Virus record (IMG/VR): IMGVR_UViG_3300027741_000024
Span: 64,001-128,000 of that record
Origin: a virus
Reading direction: 5' to 3' (one strand)
DNA length: 64,000 nt
Positions 38,873 through 48,298 of this stretch are shown here, one piece after another (position 1 is the first letter of the stretch; each line of letters opens with the position of its first letter). A model generated the notes under the pieces. The model did no database searches, was not told the origin of the DNA, and was given only the letters and a program-made list of their open reading frames with translations. The position numbers and the translations under genes are program-made.

Positions 38873-38918
38873 TCAATAACATAAATAACAAACGAAATAG
38901 TTTTTTAGGAGAAAACAC

Positions 38919-39494
38919 ATGTCACTTTGGGGAAATTTAGATGCGTCAAATAACGCACCGTACTTCTCTGGTCTAACTGGTTACAAGACTTCAGTCAGTG
39001 TAGCCAATGCACAGATAGATGCAGTATTCAATAACGTAACAATCAGTGCTACGGAAACAGCCGTAGCATTAGGTGTGTTTGCTGTTGATACCACAGAGAT
39101 TCAAAATAACACTTCGGAAGATCACTCTGGCGCACATGCTGGTTGGATTGCTCGTCGTGCATTTACTGGTCCAATCACATCAATCACAGCAAATACAGGT
39201 GCTGTTGCCGTAAACAGTTATATCACGTTTACTGGTGGTTCTGCTGGTGCTGGTGCTGGATTGACTGGTAATACTGCTGCTAATGCTAGAATTTACGTAG
39301 ATAGTAATAATTTTATCGTAAATGTCACTCTGTTATCAGTTGGTTCATATGCTAACACACCCGTTGCCACTGCTAATCAAGGTAACGGTGTATTTACTAT
39401 CACTATGGGTGGTCGTGCTAATCGTGTTCAGCAAGAGTGCCTGGTAGCGATGGGTTCTATGTCTGGCGATTCAGGTGGCGTTCCATATCCATAA
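38919..39494 (+). CDS. probable virion structural protein
   Basis: CATAAATA late-like promoter at 38880; MSLWGN, HAGW, GGRANRVQQECLVAM; G/A/T-rich. Confidence 0.65.
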   Translation: MSLWGNLDASNNAPYFSGLTGYKTSVSVANAQIDAVFNNVTISATETAVALGVFAVDTTEIQNNTSEDHSGAHAGWIARRAFTGPITSITANTGAVAVNSYITFTGGSAGAGAGLTGNTAANARIYVDSNNFIVNVTLLSVGSYANTPVATANQGNGVFTITMGGRANRVQQECLVAMGSMSGDSGGVPYP

Positions 39495-39499
39495 TCTGA

Positions 39500-39859
39500 A
39501 TGAACTTTAAAAGTTATCTCCAAGGACATGTAGAGGAATCTCCGTTCTCTGACCCACAAGTCAGAGCGGAGATTAATCATGCATTGGAAGCAGAGATAGA
39601 TAGTACATTTATGATGACACCAGAATCTGGTGTTCAACGAATGAGGAAAGTTCTATCACGTTATAGTATAGATTTTCCTGCATTCGAAGATTTAGATACA
39701 GATGGCGATGAAAGCATTTACGAATTAGATGCTAATGTTTATCTGTATTTCATTTATTATCTCACCGATGATGGTAATTACGAATTCCATGCTGAAATCA
39801 CAGACGATGAAGGCATAGAAGAAATTCTGTCAGATGTGGAGGAAGATTCCGAAGAATAA
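39500..39859 (+). CDS. acidic hypothetical protein
   Basis: ORF coupled to next gene. Confidence 0.6.
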   Translation: MNFKSYLQGHVEESPFSDPQVRAEINHALEAEIDSTFMMTPESGVQRMRKVLSRYSIDFPAFEDLDTDGDESIYELDANVYLYFIYYLTDDGNYEFHAEITDDEGIEEILSDVEEDSEE

Positions 39860-40251
39860 TGTCATTTGATAATTTAACTGATGAGAATGTCATACTCTAT
39901 GCAGTAAAAGCATATGACACACCAAATTGTGTAATGAGTGAGTTTACTGAAGATATGAAGCGGTTGAATTATCTTAAACGTTTATTCCGAAGATATCGTA
40001 AACATGGTGAGATGCGTGAGCGTCTTATACTAAATCATATAGTAGTGTTAAACAATTTGTTTGGACCAGAAGTCACAACCAGATTGTTATTTTTTCGTAT
40101 GTCAAAAGACGATTATAGTGTAATGAAAACCTATTTGACCTTTTTGAATTTGATGCCAGAACGTGTCAAAGGAATAAATGGAAAAGATATTATATCATCA
40201 GATATTCAAATTGACATGCCAGTAGCAGATGTACTTAGGACTCTAAAATGA
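39859..40251 (+). CDS. conserved T4-like hypothetical protein
   Basis: EFTEDMKRLNYLKRLFRRY, ERLILNHIVVLNNLFG. Confidence 0.7.
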   Translation: MSFDNLTDENVILYAVKAYDTPNCVMSEFTEDMKRLNYLKRLFRRYRKHGEMRERLILNHIVVLNNLFGPEVTTRLLFFRMSKDDYSVMKTYLTFLNLMPERVKGINGKDIISSDIQIDMPVADVLRTLK

Positions 40252-40997
40252 TAATTGGACCAGGAATAACAATTGGCGGTGGAATAAATGTGGACACTCA
40301 AATTCCATCATACTCAATTGTTACAACTAATCTATTTGCCAACTACGATGCCGCTACAGGTATAAGTGGTAGCACATTTCTTGATAGTAGTGGTAATGGC
40401 CGTAATGCTACCCTATTCAACACTCCTACAACTACAACGGTTAACGGAACAACAGTATTAATATTAACCAGTGCTTCAAGTCAATACTTTGGTTACACTA
40501 CTGGTTATGGTACAAGTTTAGATTCTGCATTTACTTTTGATGTATGGTGTCGCAATTTATCAGGCAGCACGGCAGGAACATTAATTGGAGAGTGGAGTAA
40601 CAACACATTTAGTAGTGGATGGACTGATGCACAGATGGGATTTAATGCCACACAAATTAATTGTGGAGTATATAATACTGGATATGCTACTGCACAGGCT
40701 AGTTGGAACAATACAACGTGGTATAATATTGTAATGACTTATAATAGTGCTGCAGGTATTGCCACTTATGTTAATAACACAGCCGGTGCCACAAAAGCAG
40801 GAGCAAAACAAAATCCAAGTGGTACTGGCACATTCTTGAGTATGGGTAAACCTGATGGTGCCGGTGGTGGTTATCTAAACGGAGTCACTAATTATTTTAA
40901 CGGATACATAGGCGTTTGGAAAATATACAATCGTGCTTTAACATCAATTGAAGTAACACAAAACTTTAACGCTTTGCGTGGAAGATACGGATTATAA
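40248..40997 (+). CDS. LamG/concanavalin A-like lectin-domain protein
   Basis: DSSGNGRNATL, WYNIVMTYN, IYNRALTSIEVTQNFNA. Confidence 0.8.
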   Translation: MIIGPGITIGGGINVDTQIPSYSIVTTNLFANYDAATGISGSTFLDSSGNGRNATLFNTPTTTTVNGTTVLILTSASSQYFGYTTGYGTSLDSAFTFDVWCRNLSGSTAGTLIGEWSNNTFSSGWTDAQMGFNATQINCGVYNTGYATAQASWNNTTWYNIVMTYNSAAGIATYVNNTAGATKAGAKQNPSGTGTFLSMGKPDGAGGGYLNGVTNYFNGYIGVWKIYNRALTSIEVTQNFNALRGRYGL

Positions 40998-41000
40998 TCT

Positions 41001-41228
41001 ATGTCAAACGAATTCAAAAAACAATGTGGTGCTGGATATTATTGGTGCTCTACTGATAAAATTTGCAAACCACTTCAAGAAGATGGTATGGCTGGTGGTG
41101 CTCCTACCAATGCTGTAGGCGGTGGTCAAGTTGCTGGTATCGGTGTCGGTCTACAAGGTGAACCTGGCCGCAAGAAAAATAAAATCGCAACATTCATTTC
41201 ATACATGAGTAGAAAGATACCTAAATGA
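41001..41228 (+). CDS. small Gly-rich hypothetical protein
   Basis: CGAGYYWC, PTNAVGGGQVAG. Confidence 0.55.
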   Translation: MSNEFKKQCGAGYYWCSTDKICKPLQEDGMAGGAPTNAVGGGQVAGIGVGLQGEPGRKKNKIATFISYMSRKIPK

Positions 41229-41665
41229 TGTGGATGATGCATCTGTTACCAGATTCATTTCTAATTTTCGTAATCAATGCACTATTGGTCACTGGACTAA
41301 TTGGCATGGTGATAGGTTTTATTGGCGGTAAAATACCTTTTGTTGGAGCATATGCAACGATCATCAAGATAGTTTCAATTGTTCTTTTCTGTATTGGTTT
41401 GTACTGGAAAGGTGGTTACAGTGTAGAAGCAGATTGGCGTGAACGTGTTGCAGAGATGGAAGAAAAAGTAAAAATTGCAGAAGAGAAATCACGACAGACA
41501 AATGTGGTTATTGAAACAAAATACCATGATAGAATCAAAAAGGTCACAGAAACTAGAGAGAGAATTGTCCAGACGATTAAAGAGAGGGAAAAAGTTATTG
41601 ACGCAAAATGCGAACTTGATCCCGCAGTCATAAGCATCTTGAATGAGGCAGCAAAAAAACCATGA
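41225..41665 (+). CDS. putative inner-membrane spanin (Rz-like)
   Basis: N-terminal TM segments plus periplasmic coiled coil with Cys; precedes a lipoprotein and the endolysin. Confidence 0.65.
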   Translation: MMWMMHLLPDSFLIFVINALLVTGLIGMVIGFIGGKIPFVGAYATIIKIVSIVLFCIGLYWKGGYSVEADWRERVAEMEEKVKIAEEKSRQTNVVIETKYHDRIKKVTETRERIVQTIKEREKVIDAKCELDPAVISILNEAAKKP

Positions 41666-41922
41666 AAAAACTATTGATTCTTTTGTTGCTTGCAGGTTGC
41701 AGTACAACTGTGCCAGTGGCTCGTAAGTTTCCAGAAATACCTGATGTAATGATGGTACCTTGCCCGCCACTGTCACAGATCAAAGAAGGAACAACCAAGT
41801 TAAGTGAAGTAGTTGAGGTTGTTACGGATAATTATTTTGAATATCACAAGTGCAGTGATAAGAATGATTTGTGGATGGAATGGTTTAAAGCACAAAAAGA
41901 AATATTTGATTCTGTAAAATAA
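41662..41922 (+). CDS. putative outer-membrane spanin lipoprotein (Rz1-like)
   Basis: Lipobox LLAGC; Pro-rich PVARKFPEIP..PCPPL. Confidence 0.72.
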   Translation: MKKLLILLLLAGCSTTVPVARKFPEIPDVMMVPCPPLSQIKEGTTKLSEVVEVVTDNYFEYHKCSDKNDLWMEWFKAQKEIFDSVK

Positions 41923-41934
41923 TAAGGATTAACA

Positions 41935-42549
41935 ATGGAATTAACAAAACAACAATTAAAACAATTACTTCCAAAAAATCCATACATTGATCAGTGGCAT
42001 CATGCTCTGAGTCAATTGCTTCCGGATTATGAGATCAATACGCCAAAACGTATTGCATCATTCATGGCACAATGTGCTCATGAGTCGGGTGATTTTGTTT
42101 TTCTCTCTGAAAATTTAAATTACAAAGCAGAAAGTCTAGTTAAGATATTTGGAAAATACTTCAAAGATATTAACACGGCTAAAGCATACGAAAAGAAACC
42201 CGAAAAAATTGCCAACAAAATCTATGCAGATCGTATGGGTAATGGTAACGAAGCATCTGGTGATGGATTCAAATACCGAGGTCGTGGTCTAATTCAATTG
42301 ACTGGTAAAACAAACTATACATGGTTTGCAGCATCATTAGAAATTACACCAGAAGAAGCAGCAGAATACATGGGCACCTTTGAGGGTGCAGCACAATCAG
42401 CATGTTGGTTCTGGGAAACTAACAAACTGAATGAATGGGCAGATAAAGGTGACATTGAGAAGATGACTAAAATCATCAACGGTGGCACAATTGGACTTGA
42501 AGATCGTAAAAAACATTATGCACATGCACTTCACGTTTTAGGAGCATAA
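41935..42549 (+). CDS. GH19 endolysin
   Basis: AQCAHESG, ENLNY, YRGRGLIQLTGKTNY, INGGTIGLEDR. Confidence 0.92.
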   Translation: MELTKQQLKQLLPKNPYIDQWHHALSQLLPDYEINTPKRIASFMAQCAHESGDFVFLSENLNYKAESLVKIFGKYFKDINTAKAYEKKPEKIANKIYADRMGNGNEASGDGFKYRGRGLIQLTGKTNYTWFAASLEITPEEAAEYMGTFEGAAQSACWFWETNKLNEWADKGDIEKMTKIINGGTIGLEDRKKHYAHALHVLGA

Positions 42550-42553
42550 TACG

Positions 42554-42742
42554 ATGAGATATATACTACTTCTGTTGTTACCACTATCACTCTTTGCTTG
42601 CCAAGAACGATATAGATATCCTTGTCAAGACCCTGAAAATTGGGAAACTAAACAGTGTCAAAAACCATATTGCACCGCAAATGGTACTTGTCCTGAAGAT
42701 TTAAAACACTATGTAAAAGATAAAATTGGAGAAATTAAATGA
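42554..42742 (+). CDS. small Cys-rich lipoprotein
   Basis: LFAC lipobox; RYRYPCQDPENW. Confidence 0.65.
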   Translation: MRYILLLLLPLSLFACQERYRYPCQDPENWETKQCQKPYCTANGTCPEDLKHYVKDKIGEIK

Positions 42743-43185
42743 TATTTGCAAAAGAAAAATACACATCTGAAGAATTGAATGCTCGATTAAAGTTTTTCAT
42801 CGGTATCATTCTCGGTTTAACACTTTTTGGTATTGTGTTCGTTGTTCTTTATAGTTTGATTTTTGTTACTCAACCTATGAATGGCATGAGTCCAGTGGAT
42901 AATAAATTCTTTGAATTAATTATTCCTATTGCCACATTCTTGACTGGCACATTGTCGGGTATTATGTTAGCCGGTGATGACAAAGATTTGAGAGCAAAGG
43001 CAATTGATGCTGCTTCCAAACCTTATACACCACCACCTGAACCACAATCGGTTGCAAAATATGTACCTACTCCTGAACCTATGACACCACCTGCACCTTT
43101 TACTCCTGTAATGGCAGTAGCAGAACCTGTTGTTGGATTTGGTGGTAAACCTGCACCTTTTCAACCCCCACATCCAGAGGTATAA
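42739..43185 (+). CDS. two-TM membrane protein, holin candidate
   Basis: Two hydrophobic helices, Pro-rich tail, located in the lysis cluster. Confidence 0.5.
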   Translation: MIFAKEKYTSEELNARLKFFIGIILGLTLFGIVFVVLYSLIFVTQPMNGMSPVDNKFFELIIPIATFLTGTLSGIMLAGDDKDLRAKAIDAASKPYTPPPEPQSVAKYVPTPEPMTPPAPFTPVMAVAEPVVGFGGKPAPFQPPHPEV

Positions 43186-43186
43186 A

Positions 43187-43384
43187 ATGAAAAAAGAAAT
43201 TTTAGTTGGTTCTATGATTTTGTTTTTACTCTTTGCACCTTTGACCAAAGCAGCCTTTGCTGCAGAAACAAAAAAGGTATGTGTTAAAGAGTTAGATAAC
43301 AAAACCAAAAAACAAAAAGAAGTTTGTAAAACAATCAAAGTGCATAAAAAGTTAGAAGGCACTGAACTACCTACTAAAAAATAA
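43187..43384 (+). CDS. small exported basic protein
   Basis: Signal peptide ending AFA; KKVC...EVCKTIKVHKKLEG. Confidence 0.55.
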   Translation: MKKEILVGSMILFLLFAPLTKAAFAAETKKVCVKELDNKTKKQKEVCKTIKVHKKLEGTELPTKK

Positions 43385-43815
43385 TGGAACAAATAGAAGT
43401 TGATCTAAAAGTGGATGTGAGTGTATTGAAAGAAAGAGTCAGTACACTCACTGAACTTTGTGCTAAAATGGACCGAGTTATTGAAAAACTTGCGGATAAC
43501 CAATTGGATCTTGCTGGACAAATTTACCAAGACATGGATAAAAGAAAAGAGCAGACCGTGAGTGACATCAAAGAACTTCATTCCCGTATCACTACTACCG
43601 ATAGAAATTTATCCGATAAGATAGAACTTACCGAACGTAGGATTATGGATGAAATTAAATCTTTGCGTGAGTGTATAGATCAGCACAACGAAAAAGAAAT
43701 ATCTGACATGCAAAAACTATCACAATGGAAATGGATGATTGCTGGTGGTGTAATGGTATTTGCCTGGTTAGTTTCAAATGTTAAACTTGAGATGCTAGGT
43801 AAACTTTTTAATTAA
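43384..43815 (+). CDS. coiled-coil protein with C-terminal TM
   Basis: ELHSRITT, WKWMIAGG TM tail. Confidence 0.65.
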   Translation: MEQIEVDLKVDVSVLKERVSTLTELCAKMDRVIEKLADNQLDLAGQIYQDMDKRKEQTVSDIKELHSRITTTDRNLSDKIELTERRIMDEIKSLRECIDQHNEKEISDMQKLSQWKWMIAGGVMVFAWLVSNVKLEMLGKLFN

Positions 43816-43816
43816 G

Positions 43817-43845
43817 TTGACTTTTGTGTGTGGTAGTGATATTAT
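43817..43845 (+). promoter_or_regulatory. sigma70-type promoter for primase
   Basis: TTGACT-N17-TATTAT with an extended -10 TG. Confidence 0.6.
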
Positions 43846-43851
43846 GAATGC

Positions 43852-44892
43852 ATGTCCCTTTCTACTGATTCAAAATACGTCCGTCTAATTTCTTCACGTT
43901 TGCGTAACTTCAAACAGAAGAATACTAATCTATGGAACTTTTCTTGTCCGTTCTGTGGAGATTCTCAAACAAACAAACTCAAAGCCCGTGGTTATGTTTT
44001 TGCCAGGGGCAATGATCTATTCTTTCGTTGTCACAACTGTGGAGCAGGTACGAATGTTGCCAATTTACTCAAGCAAGTCGATTCTTCATTACATGGAGAG
44101 TACATACTTGAAAGATACAAGTCGGGTGAATCCAATACATTCGTCCGCAAAAGTAACACTGCACCCACATTCAACATACCTGCACCAAGGTTCGGCAAAC
44201 CAGAAAGACAAAGAGTATTTGAACACGCAGAGTGGGTATCAGACCTGCCAAGTGGACATTTTTGTCTAAACTATGTTGAGAATCGTTTATTACCAAAAGA
44301 AGTATACAATCAATTACTATTCACTAGTAAGTATAAAGAGTTTTGTGATACACTGATACCAGATCATGGTAAGACTGTAATTGATGATGCACGATTGATT
44401 ATACCATTCTTTGACAGAAACAATGAATTAGTTGCAGTCTCTGGTCGTGCATTAGAAACATCCGATAAGACTCTGAGGTATGTAACACTACGTACCAATG
44501 ACAGTGATGACAAACTTATCTATGGCATGGATAGAGTGAATTTGAATGAAACAGTGTACCTTGTTGAAGGTCCACTTGATTCTTTATTTCTAAAGAATTG
44601 TGTGGCATCTGGTGATGCAAACCTTTCATTAACAGCAAAAAATATTTCAGCAAAGAAATTGGTGCTGATTTTTGATAATGAACCAAGAAATAAAGAAGTA
44701 TGTAAGATGATTGAAAATGCCATTAAGTCCAATCATTATGTCGTTATCTGGCCTGACAACATGGATGGTAAAGATATCAATGAAATGATATTGAACGGGT
44801 TTTCAAATGGCGAAATCCAAGATATCATAGATAGTAATACATTTTATGGTTTGGAAGCAATAGCGAAGTTTACATTCTGGAAGAAATTATGA
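43852..44892 (+). CDS. 61: DNA primase gp61
   Basis: CPFCGDS, CHNCG, VEGPLDSLF, FDNEPRN, KDINEM. Confidence 0.95.
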   Translation: MSLSTDSKYVRLISSRLRNFKQKNTNLWNFSCPFCGDSQTNKLKARGYVFARGNDLFFRCHNCGAGTNVANLLKQVDSSLHGEYILERYKSGESNTFVRKSNTAPTFNIPAPRFGKPERQRVFEHAEWVSDLPSGHFCLNYVENRLLPKEVYNQLLFTSKYKEFCDTLIPDHGKTVIDDARLIIPFFDRNNELVAVSGRALETSDKTLRYVTLRTNDSDDKLIYGMDRVNLNETVYLVEGPLDSLFLKNCVASGDANLSLTAKNISAKKLVLIFDNEPRNKEVCKMIENAIKSNHYVVIWPDNMDGKDINEMILNGFSNGEIQDIIDSNTFYGLEAIAKFTFWKKL

Positions 44893-45554
44893 GCGTGAAA
44901 TTAATTGGTATTACTGCACCTTCTAATGACCATAAGTCAGCAGAAGATTTGATTGTTTACATGGCTAGGGTATCCAATCCCAGCAATCAAAACACTACAC
45001 AGGGTAACGACAAACTCATTCGTTATCTTATCAAAAATCAACATTGGTCTCCCATGGAGATGGTCAGTGTCGTAATGGAGATAAGCACAACCAGGGACAT
45101 AGCAAGGCAAATTTTGCGCCATCGTAGTTTTGCCTTTCAGGAGTTTAGTCAACGTTATGCAGAAGTTGATTTTGGTACTGCCGGTGACAATTGGGAACAA
45201 CGTGAAGCAAGATTGCAAGACACAAAGAATCGTCAGAACTCTATTGAAGTCGATGATATTGGTTTACAAGAAACATGGAAAACACAACAAAGTTATGTAA
45301 CATATGCAGCAGAGAAAGCATATCGATGGGCATTAAATAATGGTATTGCAAAGGAACAAGCAAGAGCAGTATTACCAGAAGGATTGACAAAATCAAAATT
45401 GTACATGAATGGCACACTTCGTTCTTGGATTCACTACTGTCAATTACGTATAGAAAATGGAACACAGAAAGAACACATGGAAGTTGCAAAAGCATGTTGG
45501 AATATTATAGCAAAAGAATTTCCAAATGTGGCAGCAGCACTAGAACAACAATAA
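44889..45554 (+). CDS. thyX: FAD-dependent thymidylate synthase
   Basis: HWSPME, RQILRHRSFAFQEFSQRY, EQARAVLP. Confidence 0.95.
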   Translation: MSVKLIGITAPSNDHKSAEDLIVYMARVSNPSNQNTTQGNDKLIRYLIKNQHWSPMEMVSVVMEISTTRDIARQILRHRSFAFQEFSQRYAEVDFGTAGDNWEQREARLQDTKNRQNSIEVDDIGLQETWKTQQSYVTYAAEKAYRWALNNGIAKEQARAVLPEGLTKSKLYMNGTLRSWIHYCQLRIENGTQKEHMEVAKACWNIIAKEFPNVAAALEQQ

Positions 45555-45567
45555 CAACGGAGATGAG

Positions 45568-47376
45568 ATGGTAGATATCAGCAGCATTAAGATAGACTTA
45601 GATCGTGATAAACTGTTTGACGAATTGGGAATTAAAAGACTACAAGAATCGTACATGAAAGAGGATGAGAAATCACCACAAGAAAGGTTTGCATATGTTT
45701 CAAAGGCATTTAGCAGTAATGATGGACACGCTCAAAGATTGTATGAGTATAGTAGCAATCACTGGTTATCTTATTCTACTCCTATTCTCTCTTTTGGTCG
45801 TTCTAAGCGTGGGTTGCCTATTTCTTGTTTTCTTCCTTATTTGGACGATTCCGCAGAGGGCTTGGTCAATACACTATCAGAAGTAAATTGGTTATCAATG
45901 CTAGGAGGAGGTGTTGGAATTGGTCTTGGGATTCGTTCGGCAGACGATAAATCAGTTGGAATCATGCCACATCTTCGCACATATGACGCATCATCTCTTG
46001 CTTATAGACAAGGTAGGACTCGTCGTGGTAGTTATGCTGCATACCTTGATATCAGTCACCCTGACATTATCAACTTTTTGGAAATGAGAAAGCCTACAGG
46101 CGATCCAAATCTTCGTACATTAAATCTGCATCACGGTATCAATATCACTGATGACTTCATGTTATTGATTGAGAAGGCCATGCTTGATCCAGAGGCAGAT
46201 GATTCGTGGGAGTTAAAAGACCCACATACACAAGAGGTACGTGAAACTGTATCGGCACGTGAATTATGGCAACGCATACTTGAAACACGTATGCTAACAG
46301 GTGAACCATACATTCACTATATTGATACAAGTAATCGGTTGATGCCAGAGTTTCAAAAGAAATTAGGATTATCAATCAAACAGAGTAACCTTTGCTCAGA
46401 AATTATTTTACCTACAGACAAACAACGAACAGCGGTGTGCTGTCTATCTTCAGTGAACTTGGAGTATTATGATGATTGGAAAAATGATAAACTTTTTCTG
46501 CGGGACGTTGCAGAGATGCTGGATAACGTACTTCAGCACTTTATTGACAATGCTCCTGATGCTATCAACAGAGCCAGGTTCTCTGCTATGCAGGAGCGCA
46601 GCATTGGTGTGGGCGCTCTTGGTTTTCATGCTCTTCTTCAGAAAAAGAATATCGCATTTGAATCGGCGTTAGCAAAATCAATCAACATGCAAGTGTTTAA
46701 ACACATTAGAGGAAAACTAAACGATGCAAATCTTGAACTCGGTAATGAACGTGGTGAGGCACCAGATGCAAAAGGTACCGGACAGCGTTTTAGTCACCTT
46801 ATGGCTATTGCTCCTAATGCTTCCTCTTCTATTATTATGGGCAACACCTCCCCATCTGTTGAGCCTTATAGAGCAAATGCATATCGCCAAGACACTCTTT
46901 CTGGTTCATATCTAAACAAGAATAAGTTTTTAAATACAGTTATAGAAAGACATTTGAATCCTGATCCTGGTGGTACAATTGCTACAGAGGATTACAATGA
47001 AATCTGGTCATCAATTATTGCAAATGATGGTTCAGTTCAACATTTAGATTGGATGCAACAATACACTAAAGATGTATTCAAAACATCTATGGAAATTGAT
47101 CAACGATGGGTTATAGAACATGCAGCAGATAGGCAAAAATATATTGATCAAGCACAATCTATCAACTTATTTTTCAGACCTGATGTCAATGTGAAGTATC
47201 TTCATGCTTGTCATTTCTTGGCATGGAAGCAAGGGCTTAAAACTTTATATTATTGTCGTTCTGAAAAGTTAGCAAAGGCAGACAAAGTATCCAAAAAGAT
47301 TGAACGTAACATTATTCAAGAGATTGATCTAAAATCTATAGCGGATGGAAATGAATGCCTTGCATGTGAAGGGTAG
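45568..47376 (+). CDS. nrdA: class Ia ribonucleotide reductase alpha subunit (no ATP cone)
   Basis: PISCF, SNLCSEI, VCCLSSVNL, APNASSS, KTLYY, CLACEG. Confidence 0.95.
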   Translation: MVDISSIKIDLDRDKLFDELGIKRLQESYMKEDEKSPQERFAYVSKAFSSNDGHAQRLYEYSSNHWLSYSTPILSFGRSKRGLPISCFLPYLDDSAEGLVNTLSEVNWLSMLGGGVGIGLGIRSADDKSVGIMPHLRTYDASSLAYRQGRTRRGSYAAYLDISHPDIINFLEMRKPTGDPNLRTLNLHHGINITDDFMLLIEKAMLDPEADDSWELKDPHTQEVRETVSARELWQRILETRMLTGEPYIHYIDTSNRLMPEFQKKLGLSIKQSNLCSEIILPTDKQRTAVCCLSSVNLEYYDDWKNDKLFLRDVAEMLDNVLQHFIDNAPDAINRARFSAMQERSIGVGALGFHALLQKKNIAFESALAKSINMQVFKHIRGKLNDANLELGNERGEAPDAKGTGQRFSHLMAIAPNASSSIIMGNTSPSVEPYRANAYRQDTLSGSYLNKNKFLNTVIERHLNPDPGGTIATEDYNEIWSSIIANDGSVQHLDWMQQYTKDVFKTSMEIDQRWVIEHAADRQKYIDQAQSINLFFRPDVNVKYLHACHFLAWKQGLKTLYYCRSEKLAKADKVSKKIERNIIQEIDLKSIADGNECLACEG

Positions 47377-48007
47377 AATAGCCCTATTTTTACACCATCC
47401 ACGATGTTCTATTCAGTCGGTGAATGGTATCATCAAATCGTTGGAGCATCATTATGTTTTCAAAACTTTCACTAAACACGAAATTGAAGATGGCTTCTTT
47501 GACGATGTGGATATCGTTTGCTTTTCTGGTGGCATTGGTGACTCCGATGCTTACGATTTTCTGTTTAGAGAAAACGGAGATACTATTCGCAAATACATTC
47601 AACGAGGTGGTAGATATCTTGGCATCTGTATGGGTGCTTATTGGGCTGATCACCATTATTTTAATTTGTTGGACGAAGTTACTTGCGAACAGTATATTAG
47701 ACAGCGTAATACATGTACAAAACGATACTACAGTAAAGCAGTTGAATGTAACTGGAACGGAAAATGGATTAGACCATTTTTCTATGATGGACCAGCATTT
47801 ATTGGAAATGAAAATACTTTTGAAACAGTTGGAAGATACAAGAACGGCAATCCAGCAGCAATTATTCAAGGACGTATAGGATTAGTTGGACCACATTTAG
47901 AAAGTCAAGATTTTTGGTATGATAAACCATATTTGGAAAGATATTGGCATTTCAATTCACATGGTAAGTTATTATTAAATTTTGTAGACAGATTGATGGA
48001 GAAATGA
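47345..48007 (+). CDS. class I glutamine amidotransferase-like (BPL_N-like) protein
   Basis: FSGGIGD, YLGICMGAY, GPHLE; true start may be GTG 47366. Confidence 0.75.
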   Translation: MEMNALHVKGRIALFLHHPRCSIQSVNGIIKSLEHHYVFKTFTKHEIEDGFFDDVDIVCFSGGIGDSDAYDFLFRENGDTIRKYIQRGGRYLGICMGAYWADHHYFNLLDEVTCEQYIRQRNTCTKRYYSKAVECNWNGKWIRPFFYDGPAFIGNENTFETVGRYKNGNPAAIIQGRIGLVGPHLESQDFWYDKPYLERYWHFNSHGKLLLNFVDRLMEK

Positions 48008-48008
48008 T

Positions 48009-48146
48009 ATGATAGTATTAGAATTGTTGATAGGCGGATTCTTTTCCGCACTTGGTTGGTGGGGTGCAAATCATTATGTTGTAGATGTATACCTGGAACC
48101 TAAAACAAAAATAGAAAAAACGGAGAAAGAAATAAATGAAAAATAA
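48009..48146 (+). CDS. small membrane protein (not on track)
   Basis: GGAG RBS; MIVLELLIGGFFSALGWWGA. Confidence 0.5.
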   Translation: MIVLELLIGGFFSALGWWGANHYVVDVYLEPKTKIEKTEKEINEK

Positions 48147-48297
48147 AGATTATACAGATATTGCAGTACAAAAAGAGGTGTTATTGGATTATTTGCAAGT
48201 GATGGTTGTGATGGGAGATTGGCATGGTGTATCTGATGTCGCAAACGACCTTCGTGAACTAGAAGCAAAAAACAATAACAACTATAAGAGCAAATAG
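48136..48297 (+). CDS. small hypothetical protein (not on track)
   Basis: GGAG RBS; DWHGVSDVANDLRELEA. Confidence 0.55.
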   Translation: MKNKDYTDIAVQKEVLLDYLQVMVVMGDWHGVSDVANDLRELEAKNNNNYKSK

Positions 48298-48298
48298 A

